Below are positions 53,676 to 64,000 of a stretch of DNA of 64,000 nt, piece by piece. The first letter of the stretch is position 1. Each line of letters begins with the position of its first letter. The notes beneath the pieces are model-generated. The model did no database searches and was not told the origin of the DNA. It saw only the letters and a list, made by a program, of their open reading frames with translations. The DNA is taken from the NCBI RefSeq assembly GCF_006345805.1, contig NC_042999.1:29078001-29142000 (forward strand). Direction: 5' to 3'. The translations under genes and the position numbers were made by a program. The DNA is from Octopus sinensis (Eukaryota).

Positions 53676-53940
53676 GAGCTATAAGTTGATTTAGATCTTT
53701 CATAAATCTGGAGCACCAGGTATACATGACTAAATTAGTGTACGTTGGAGCATTTTTGTATCCAACACAGTCCCAGATACATACTTGTAAACGCTTACAT
53801 CAAAATCAGATAACTTATTTACAGGGAGGAATTTTAATTTTTCGGTGAAGAAAATGCTTTCAATTACCTCTGCTATTACACGATTGAATTTTTCGAACTT
53901 GAAATATATTGTCTCAAGCATGGTTTACTACATAAACTAA
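52700..53940 (-). mobile_element. Penelope-like RT + thumb relic interrupted by (TA)n
   Basis: Pieces read YKYVSGTVLDTK (decayed Y.Q..G..MGT), LDNCLILW, LTMEYSKTQLPFLNILI, RQYLLFYSHH, PLNIARRICTIVS and NIIHQNIPHL..DPRMK. Confidence 0.8.
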
Positions 53941-55153
53941 GGCAATGATATTTTCTTTGTTGATTCCGTATGTATTTTAAAATAGGACATATTGACAGAA
54001 AATATTAACGGATATATAAATAATAGGGCAAATAAATATTAGAAAAAAATTGCTTTTAGACCCAGTTGACAAAATTCCTGACACGTGATTGTACAAATCG
54101 AAAATGAGAGACTAAATATGAAGCGAATGAAGCGCAAAACTTCCAATAATATTATAAGCCTAATTACATGATCATCCCCTACGGTACTTGGCAGAATATA
54201 TTCAGAGATCCACGATTATTTGGGACTATAACAAACACGTTCACTCAAAAGTGACAGCATATAGTTATTAAGAATGGACATAGCGGAAAAGACCTCCAGA
54301 GGACCATCATAAATTCTGTTCTCTAGATATTAATGCTCAAAATATCCATTCGGCCAGGAAGTTGGCAACAATTTATTGCCACGTTAGTAATACGTACCTG
54401 GAAATACGCTCACTGGTTTAGATTCAAAGATTGCAATCCCTCCTTAAAAAGTGTTCTGTGTCTACATTTCAATCATCTACGTGTGTTGGAGCGCATTAGT
54501 TTTGCTACTTTTATGTCATTTAGATATTTTATTACTAGCTGCTTTGCTCGTTATGAGATCACCGGCGGTCTGCCGCTTCTGTAGCAGGCAGGTACCGATG
54601 AAGGGTAAAGATTCAGAAACCATGGTCTGCTGGTTTTGCCAATCTGGAGGGGAGTATTAATATTTACTGAATCCCAGGTTTTATGCGCTAAACCACTTAA
54701 TGTTAAATTGATGATGTTATTAAATTAATATCTAATTTTTTCACCCTTATTTTTGATTTTAATTATACTGCAGTAAATTATTTATGCAGTATTTGTTTCC
54801 GAAATTTTGGCGCGTTATAACGAGGGCATTTGAATCATAACTGCGACTATAATAGGCTGAACTACTCGTGTATTTGACTTTGTGTTAAAATCTGGCGTGC
54901 AGTTCAGAAAATTATATTCATGACGAATCCTAATGATGAGCTGTGGATTTATTGTGTAAGTAAAATTACATAATCTATTAACAGTGAAACAATTGTTTAG
55001 GCTTAATCTACATTTTTTGTTATTTTTCATTTTTCCTGCTCGCTTACGTTCATAGTTGTGCTAATTTTCCTTCAGAACAATTCTTGGTGGTTGAGACCAT
55101 TGCGGATCTACTTTTAGCGCAAGAGCGTCCACATAGTGGATTCTCTCTTATAT

Positions 55154-55240
<87 letters not shown>

Positions 55241-55987
55241 CGGTAACTGTTAGTGTCAAGTAGTTAAATAGATGTATTCATACATCCATGTGTTTTATGT
55301 TGTATATAGTATGCATAAGTGCATCTACCATGTATTCAGGTTTTACGCTACATGGTCACTACAGTAAATGTTTGGCCTCGGCAGTATTAATTGGACTGTT
55401 AGACGAGTTCGTTAGAGGAGATTTTGATAATTTTCTGAATGTGTACCTTATACTACAAATTGATATTATAAACAGACAATTCGTATATATTTAAACAACT
55501 GACCTATCGATTTTTTAAATAACCCTTTTAAATTCAATGAATGAGCTTGGTGAGTAAAACTTATTTCGTTGCTATTCACATTCTCAAAATAAATGCTCTA
55601 TTTTCTATCGCTTTGCTTCTTGTCCCTCTTTCTGTCTCATCGTTTAAAGATTCTATATTTATCTTGATATGGAAGTGAGTGAAAATGCACGAGAGATGGA
55701 GGGAGTGTGACGAAAATTTTGAAAGGGAATGTGTGTATAACAACGTCGGGTAGTGCATATTTGTATGTATGCATATATGAGTGCGCGCGTGTGCATACGT
55801 ATATGGTGCTGTTCTTATTTAATGTGTTGGTTGTTAAATTGCATTTGCTATATCTTTATTTAAATACTTTATGCTCAGAATATTTGATTTTGCTGGAAGT
55901 CCGTGTATATGAGCCTCCATTGGTGTCTATATTTACGTATAGACAAAGAAGCCCGGTCCTATAATTACATTTGGGATGGTACGCATA

Positions 55988-56264
55988 AAAAAGGGTCACG
56001 AATGACCATGAGATTGCACCTAGAAAGTGATCCTCAGTTACACTAGTCCAGGGAGGTTTGTTTATGAAAGAGCAGCAATAGCCCCAAAATACCACCCTCC
56101 TCATTCCACGCCGTTGATGAGTACCGAGTTAAAGACAAAAGCCGACACAGCTTGGCACCAGTAACGTCGTACCTCCTTTCTAAAGCTGAGTGAACTGCAG
56201 GAACTTGAAATAAGAACACAACACATAGCCCGGTCTTAGTATCGAAATCACTATCTCGTGATTG
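55988..56264 (-). mobile_element. tRNA-derived SINE, family 3
   Basis: The reverse complement is colinear with 58761-59078 (GTGTTGTGTTCTT, CAGTTCACTCA, ACTGGTGC.AAGCTGT, TAAACAAAC and TGCAATCTCATGGTCATTC). Confidence 0.7.
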
Positions 56265-56423
56265 GGTTGCACACAGATATATGCATATTTATAGCTGCAG
56301 TTACATGCGTGCGTGTGCCTCTGTGAGAGTGTGTCTGTGTGTGTTTGTATGTCTGTATGCATTTATATAGTAAAACATATGGAGACGGACAATATATTAT
56401 ATTATGTATATATAAACTTGTTA

Positions 56424-56667
56424 GGGCGGTGACCTGGCAGAACCGTTACCTACCGGGTAGAAGCAAAAACAAAAACAAAATAAAAACACAATAAAAATAG
56501 CACTTCGCCCGTTATCAATTTTCTCAGTACAAATTTTTCCGAGGTCGACTTAGTCTTTCATCCTTTCGGTAACTGTAAATTAGTACCACTTGACAACTGG
56601 GATCACGGTAATCAATTTAGTACTTCTCTGAAATTGTTAGACTTGTGCAAATATTTGAAACCAATAT
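56424..56667 (+). mobile_element. SINE family 2, diverged
   Basis: GGGCGGTGACCTGGCAGAACCGTTA...CCGAGGTCGACTTAGTCTTTCATCCTTTCGG...TAGTACCA...TTTGAAACCAATA. Confidence 0.65.
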
Positions 56668-58760
56668 AGTTTCTAGTTGGAAAAATTGATTTATTTCTTG
56701 AAAAGGTAATGTTTTGCAAGCTTTTCGAACAGAATTTATAAGTTCCTTTGGATCTAAGGAATTACAACCGTGTTTCGTGGTCTGCTACCACAACAGCTCC
56801 TTTATAGGATCCAGTTAGCTCAAGACATCATCAGGAGGAACCGCGTCCGGTTTCAGCCCCTATTTCTCTACCATATGATGTGGCACCCCCTTCCCTTTCG
56901 GAGGTGTCTTCAGATCTGGTGTTGGGTGCATGTCTTCTTTCTTCTTTCTTCTCTTCCCTGGCCTCTTCGATGTATCGTCAACGAGTGTCAGCCGGTGACT
57001 GACTGACTTGTCAAATATTTCCCTTTAAATACCTGCCGAAAGACTCCAGCAGGCAGCCCCAGCAAGTTGTCACGTGATACTTTCTCACCTTAACTGACTA
57101 GTGAAGGCGCGTAGTTTTAGACCGAGCATTCTGTAAACGACTGTCAGCGAAGCTGATTCAATGTCAGCTTGCCTCACATAATGTTGCTATTTAGAATAAC
57201 GAGGAATGTATCAACTTTTTTATTATTTGCTACCTATGTCGAGGTAACTTCAAATTTTATTACTGAGATCGATATGAAATTTGAAGAATTCCATCAAATC
57301 CTGTCGTTGTTAATATTCTACAACCTGTTTTTCTTTTCCATTTACATTCTTGCAAGTAACAATTAAATGGTCAGTTAAGCAATTACTATTATTGTAATTA
57401 TTGATACTTAAAGAATGATTAGACTGGTGAAATCTCCAATCAACAGTGTGATCAATGTTAGTTACATAATATCAGAGAACTATCAAATACATCAAAGACA
57501 AGGATATGAGACACTATATTGATGTGAGCGACACTCGTCTTTAGACTAAGCTGAATTATCATTTCTGTAATGTAAATGTCGAAATAGTTTTGTGCTAGTA
57601 CAATGTAGAATAATTAACTTCTAACCTTTCTTTAAAGAATGGTAGAATTAATTAATTATGGTGTGAAAATTCGACTGAATGTTATTAGTCTCTTCAATAT
57701 TAGTGCGTGAAACTAACTACGAAACTTTTTTCCGGAGAGATTCGCAAACTGATGTAATGATTGAGTGTATCACACACGTCCATATGATTATAATGTGTTT
57801 AATAGTCAGCTAAGAAAGATGCTCAGACCGTATTATATAATCAGACAGATTACACTGTTGAGCAATTTTCTGTTCAACAAAAACCGGCCATTGAAAATGC
57901 TTGAAAGAAGCACTCTTTCTGCAGGGGCAGAGTACCTTTCTGCTGATATATATTGGCTTACTAGATAAGTAAATCCTTTTTGAGATACTACCCCGGGAAA
58001 TATGCTGCAGTCGAAAGGGTATACATATTAAATGTAAAATATAGTTGGATATCTGTGTGTGCGTGAATGCGTGTGTGCATGTGTGTGTGTGTATGAGTGA
58101 AGGAAATATATCGCTGTCACCGAAAAGTGACAAGTGTGTAGGGAGTACCGGTATTGCTAGAAATAACAGTCAGAGATTCCTTCGCAACAGAAAGCAAATT
58201 CTATTTAACCGACAGGGAAGACATCCTCGCCGCGAGTAAAGTGCAGTAAATTAGCATGCTAATTAATGGTCATCAGTAATGCTTACTTCATCGAGGGTGG
58301 TGAGGCCAAACTTTCGTCTGTTACTATTTATCGAATTTATCATAGGAATCAGGGGCTGATTCCGCTAAATGGTAATGTAAAAATTATAAAATAAAGTAAC
58401 TAAATGCAGATTACAACCAAACAATTCATGTGTTAATTGAATGATAGTTGTCTCGCAGCAGATGTGGTATTCTTACTGACACGGAACAATAGATTATACA
58501 TATTAACAAATATGAATGCTTGTTTACAATCAGAACACCTAATAGTATACAATAGATAATTAATGTCTATTCCTAAAAATGTGTATTGATTTTTGTTGGC
58601 AATTTTGGAGTATAGGCTAGTTGATTAAATCTACCCCAATGCGCTAAACTGCAGCGTATTTCATCGACAGCGAAAATATGAGAGGCAATGTAAACCTCTT
58701 TGTATTTTGCATTAATGGCACCAGCTACATGAATTTATGGAAGCATAGTCAATGTTGAAT

Positions 58761-59078
58761 GGCGCATGGCTCAGTGGTTACGTCGGGCTCACAATCATGA
58801 AGCAGTGTGTTCGATTCCCGGAACGGGCTGTGTGTTGTGTTCTTGAGCAAGACATTTTATTTCATGTTGTTCCAGTTCACTCAATTGTGGAAATGCGTTG
58901 TCACGTCACTGGTGCTAAGCTGTATCACCGTCGGATAACATCAGTGGTGTGAAGAGGGGAGGCTGGTATTCATGGGCGACTGCTAGTCTTCCGTAAACAA
59001 ACTTTCTCGGACATGTGCCTCGGAGGGTAACGTTCTAGATGCAATCTCATGGTCATTCATGCATGAAGTGGGTCTTTA
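58761..59078 (+). mobile_element. tRNA-derived SINE, family 3
   Basis: A-box TGGCTCAGTGG and B-box GTTCGATTCCC, followed by GTGTTGTGTTCTTGAGCAAGACA. Confidence 0.8.
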
Positions 59079-61143
59079 CACTTTATACTTTAGCCAATGT
59101 TGAATACTCATGAAAGCTATGCGTGCTTTTACATACACACATACACACACACACACATATGTAAAATTTGTGTTCAAGTATATTTGTGACATTAAGCATA
59201 ACAAAGCAGAAATGGATCAAAAGGGTGTCACTGATCCTATTTTGGTCAATTAGAACATTTTTCACAAATGAGAATTTTGTCTCCCACGTAAACTGCAGTG
59301 AAATTGCGTTTAGTAGTTAAACTATGTCGAGATTTATTTGAACTAATTTCAAGTTTATTTCCCATCGCATTTTTATTCCACTTTTGCAATTTACGTAACT
59401 TTCACTTTCTTTAATACTCTTCCTTAGACTGATTAGTTTGATTGCAGTTTCTGTGTTTCACAACTTTTGGGGAAAAATATAGTTCTGTATAATGCAGTGA
59501 AGATGCAGTCTTGCGCTTTAAAATATGAAAGAAAAAAACAGATTTGACACTCGTTAACTTACCATGGTGACGGAGATTGTTTTCTAAAATGTTGGAATGA
59601 TTCTAAAGCATTTTGCTATCAACCAATAGAAATTTGAAATTTACTACTGTGGTACCTAAATTTAACCTTCATTTTACGTAAGAAACTGCTAAAATTGTGT
59701 GTGTGTGGGTGGGTGTGGGTGTGTGTGCGAGGGTGTGCGCGTGCGTACGTGTTTCTTTTAAGGTATAATGATGCATAGACCCACATAGATACTACGAGAT
59801 GGTGATGAATTGCTTAGTGTAGCCTTAATTAATATCACTCCTTGCATGGAGATAATCTACGTAATATCCCACCAGCCAGTCACCTGTTGATTGTTAGAAA
59901 TGATGTTTTCGAGACATATCACATGAATTTTCAAAAGCTTCTCTGTCTTATAGGTCATTCGCCCAATAAAATTCGGAGTACTGTGATTGAAGTAGTCGCT
60001 TGACCTTGAACTCGCAATACATATAGTAAGACAGTGGTATTAATAGAGAGTACGGCACCATCCGCATTGATTGGCCATCGATCACAGCGTTTCCTCAAAT
60101 CTAGTATTATACTATGTTTTAAGAAACAGGCAGACAAATCTAATTCCAGTGCTATACGATTTTGGAAGAAAGGATTAACGGAATTGTGAAGCATGTTTTT
60201 CAGAGATATGCTGTGTTTTCTTCTATGTGCACAAATGTCAACAAAATCATAAACGATTAGGTGTTTTATACAAACCATGAGGTATGTTGATTCAAATTAA
60301 GGAGGGGGAGCGCTAAGCAGCGCAGCGTATACATGTAATGTTGTTACTAGTTCCAACATGTCTGTGTTTTGTTATGGAGAAAATGTCTCGCTGTAGACAT
60401 TACGCAGTCACTTATCTAGAGTGTGATGAATAGGTGTCACTGCGAACTTATATAGGTGTCTAATGCAAGAAATGTTATCCATGTCAAACCAGAGTGAATG
60501 ACATATTAATGAATACAAACGTGTCACAAGCATACTTGTATTAATAACATTACATGGATTCAAATATTTCTGCTGTCATTCATAGTTTGTGTCCTGCATG
60601 CATTGGTGGAAAACGGATGAACCGCAATCACCTTTTACATACGAAAATAATTTTGGAAAAATACATCTTCGAATGACATTTCTCCCGACTTAAGATATTA
60701 TATTTCATATCCAATCTCATTAGCAATATTATGCTGAAGTTAATGACGTTATTGACATTTAGCCCATATTAGGAATGATTCAGAAGATTTTATATGAAAG
60801 ACATTCAAGTCTTCCCAAGAACGTCTGTTTTAATGTAGTTTCACTTATAACGTCTAATATGACTTAAAAGAAAGTGGAATTCAAGGGACTTCTTTATTTT
60901 TAACACATTTGTAGAGAATATAATGAGTCCCACACTGTTTACTCGTTAGAAATCTTCGATATCAATATGGAATTTCCCTCCTATTATCAAGTTTCTCATT
61001 TGGTGGAGTCGATTGGATGTCGGATAGAATATTGGAGAATTTTATTCCAAATTTGCGTTGAGTTCCTTAAATACTGCCAAGAAATTTAAGGGTCGTAAAA
61101 TTTACTAGTCAAGAACCGAAATCAATATTCCTTCTTGTTTCGC

Positions 61144-61147
<4 letters not shown>

Positions 61148-61188
<41 letters not shown>

Positions 61189-61274
61189 ATCATTTCTTTG
61201 TTCTTTTCTCTCATTCGTTTCACTCATGCTACTTTCCGTCCTTCGTTCCTTCATTTCTTCATTCTGTACTCGTT

Positions 61275-61313
<39 letters not shown>

Positions 61314-61452
61314 CTCCTAACATCCTTTCTTCTTTTTCCTTTCTTATTTTCTTCCTTCACTCCTTTTTCTTTCTATCTATCTGTCTTTCTTTCTCTCTCT
61401 CTCTTTCTTTCTTTTCTTTCGCTCTTCATTTCGTTATAATTTCCTTTCTATG

Positions 61453-61513
<61 letters not shown>

Positions 61514-61700
61514 GTCTGTCTGTCTGTCTGTCTGTCTGTATGTCTGTCTGTCTATTTATCTATCTATCTAGCTAGCTAGCTATCTCTATCCATCTGTCTG
61601 TCTGTCTGTCTGTTTATCTATCTATCTAGCTAGCTATCTCTATCCATCTGTCTGCCTGTCAGTCTGTTTGTCTGTCTATCTATCCTTCTTTCTTTTTTTC
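61148..61700. repeat. Compound (CT)n/(TTTC)n/(CTAT)n/(CTGT)n microsatellite region
   Basis: Direct reading of the sequence. Confidence 0.9.
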
Positions 61701-61964
61701 TTTTTCCCTTCTCTCTCTAACGGCATCTATCGCCCCTTGAATCGGCCACGCTTGGCTGTAAGATGACTCGTACACATCCATTCACTGCGTGCATTATTCG
61801 CTCAATGGATTAGTGCTTAGCGAAGAGCTATCAACCACTTATTCAAAAACCTGATACACAGCTCTGACCGCCAAAAGTTAATAATCACAAGATATTATAT
61901 TTTTTGATGCTCATGCAGCTGCTGCTGCTTCTGCTGTTGTCGTTGTTGATGCTGTTGTTGTTGC

Positions 61965-62512
61965 CGATGTTCTTCTTCTACTTATTTCTCTTTCTCTTCT
62001 CTCACTTCCTCTTTCTCTTCTCTCTCTTCCTCTTCTTTCTCTTCTTTCTCTCCACTTCTCCCTTTTCTTCTTCTTCTTTCTTTTCTTCTTTCTCTCTCCT
62101 TCTTCCTTTTCTTCTTCTTCTACTTCTTCTGCTTCCTTGTTCTCTTCTTTTTTCTCTTAAAGGTCTCTCTTCACCTTTCGCTTCTTCCTCCTCTTCTCCC
62201 TCGTCTTCTTTTCTTCTTCTTTCTCTTCTACTTTCTCTCTCGTTCTTCGTCCTCTTCTTCTTTTTCTTCTTCACCTTCTTTTTTTTCTTCACCTTCTTTT
62301 TCTTCTTCACCTTCTTTCTCTTCTTCACCTTCTTTTTCTTCTTCACCTTCTTTCTCTTCTTCTTTCCCTCTTCTTCTTCTTCCTCTCTTTATCTCTTCCT
62401 CTCCTTCTTCCTCGTCTTCTCTTCTTTTTCTTCTTTCTCACCTCGTTCAACTGTTAATACAACTGCAATTGTAACTCTACTCCTCCTCCTCCTCCTACTA
62501 CTACTACTACTT

Positions 62513-62544
<32 letters not shown>

Positions 62545-62556
62545 GATGCTGCTGCG

Positions 62557-62590
<34 letters not shown>
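61965..62590. repeat. CT-rich low-complexity tract with an about 21-bp CTTCTTCACCTTCTTT minisatellite and (CTA)n
   Basis: Direct reading. It accounts for the poly-F/S/L and poly-K ORFs in the track. Confidence 0.9.
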
Positions 62591-62592
<2 letters not shown>

Positions 62593-62619
62593 TTTTTTTT
62601 CACTCTTTCAAGTAGCTGC

Positions 62620-62860
62620 AACCCAGGTGTTTTTCATAACTCTTCGTTAGGCATCTTCGTTCCTCAATTAGCTCTGGTAGATCCTCAATAATAAGTCCTG
62701 CGCCTTTACCAATAAAACCAATATAGTATAATGCCCTTCGCTCTATCTTATGTTGCGGAAACTCTCTAATGTATATTACCCAATTTGGCCTGTGGTTCAG
62801 CAGAATAACATTTTGTACGAGACAGCATAACACAGTTGAGAACATAAACCTGTTATTAGA
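62620..62860 (-). mobile_element. Possible Dong/R4-type relic
   Basis: PQHKIERRALYYIGFIGKGAGLIIEDL loosely resembles the HP...ERLY...GGRGL.IED motif. Confidence 0.35.
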
Positions 62861-63659
62861 ATATTGTCTTTACCTTTTTATCAAATGATGGTATTCAAGT
62901 AATTATTTGAAGCGCGTATGTATACATATGTGCATATGTGTATGTGTGTGTGCGTGTCTCTCTGCGCATCAGGAGTGATGCTTCTCAACTCATCTGTAAT
63001 ATAAGTAATATATTATTTCTTTTGGTGATGTTACAGTTGTAGCAATGCAACTAATCTTTTTAACGAACAAAGTATTATTATTCAAATTCAAATATTCATA
63101 AATTCATGTCCTTTACGTAATCCTACACAAAGTAATACCTGCAATGGTAAAGGGTACAGAACTAACGCCTGTGATTGATTAAATAGCGTTATGGAGTGCA
63201 GGAAGAAAAGAAATATATTACTTCTATAATAATATAAAAATGGTAGATGCATATGCTATCTGTTGAGGATATCCAAGTCCAATATGTTGACATTCCTGAA
63301 CGGAACGACATATATTGTCTATGATCTTCATATTCCAAATGCATATTCGATTCCATATATATATATACATTATGCAAACACATATATTCAAGTACACATC
63401 TCCACACATACATACATAAATCTATGTATACATAGCCTAACATACCTACACAAAGGCAAAATAAGAAGACAGGAAACAGGAAAAAAGACCATATCCATAT
63501 GTATTCAAATTACAAGCAGGGAATACATATTCGCATTATTTCATATCACATGCAAATTTCGTTGCAAATGCGAATTCGCATTTTTGCACGTCAGAACACA
63601 CATTCACCAACAGAAACCAAAGTAAATGCACCTTAACTCTAGGCATCTAAAATATGCAT

Positions 63660-63810
63660 ACATACAAATATACACGCATACATACATACATACATACATA
63701 CATACATACATAAATACATACATACATACATATATACATACATACATACATACATAAATACATACATACATACATACATATATACATACATACATACATA
63801 CATACATACT
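63660..63810. repeat. (CATA)n tetranucleotide microsatellite
   Basis: Direct reading of the sequence. Confidence 0.95.
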
Positions 63811-64000
63811 GGCGGATATATACACATTGATAGCAAAGCACGCACACTACGTGGCATATTCACACAACATATTTTTACAACATATATTACGGCATCAAAA
63901 ACAGAAGCCTAAAGCCATCCGCATATAAACTTACTCTCCACCCTAAAGAAACATGCTTCGAAGTGCAGCTATAAAGAACTATACCATACACACATATACA

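Noticed and set aside
54300-54660. Possible short exons on either strand (e.g. GGIAIFESKPVSVFP, DINAQN...)
   Set aside because: The plus and minus readings are mutually exclusive, the donors are weak, and no homology is recognised.
56760-56840. CTGATGA...GAAAC on the minus strand in a PLE-like context
   Set aside because: The stem II base does not pair and no stem I can be formed.
58761-58830. tRNA-like sequence with A and B boxes
   Set aside because: It does not complete a cloverleaf and continues into a SINE body that is repeated at 55988-56264.
59955-60278. 107-aa minus-strand ORF
   Set aside because: It has no recognisable motif or convincing splice context, and the length is compatible with chance.
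61904-62650. Longest ORF in the track (248 aa) and the opposite-strand poly-Lys ORF
   Set aside because: These are translations of CT-rich low-complexity DNA.

Overview
AT-rich, microsatellite-saturated animal genomic DNA, most likely from an octopus. That assignment is inferred from the tRNA-derived SINE families and the (TA)n/(CA)n/(TAA)n density. No host protein-coding gene can be identified with confidence, and most ORF-track entries are translations of microsatellites. The non-repeat sequence is mainly decayed transposons: a 5'-truncated CR1-type LINE (11.1-14.0 kb) plus older CR1 and RTE relics, about 9 Dong/R4-type fragments clustered at (TAA)n tracts, several Penelope-like element (PLE) fragments, two mariner relics, a MITE and about 10 SINE copies. 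The most striking signal is a dense set of type I hammerhead ribozyme (HHR) motifs, found by eye: 11 copies from about 7 unrelated sequence families (5.1/6.2, 30.0/30.2/31.7, 32.5/32.8, 33.3, 45.6, 46.9 with a decayed copy at 17.9, and 48.8 kb). They sit in short PLE-derived modules next to (TA)n tracts and are often arranged as palindromes, inverted repeats or a tandem pair. Several carry non-canonical cores: a U3-A8 covariation, a U.U pair at 10.1-11.1, and A6U with an extra A. HHRs in PLE termini are a known phenomenon. What is potentially new is these particular families, core variants and retrozyme-like or palindromic arrangements. All folds were derived manually and no activity is demonstrated.
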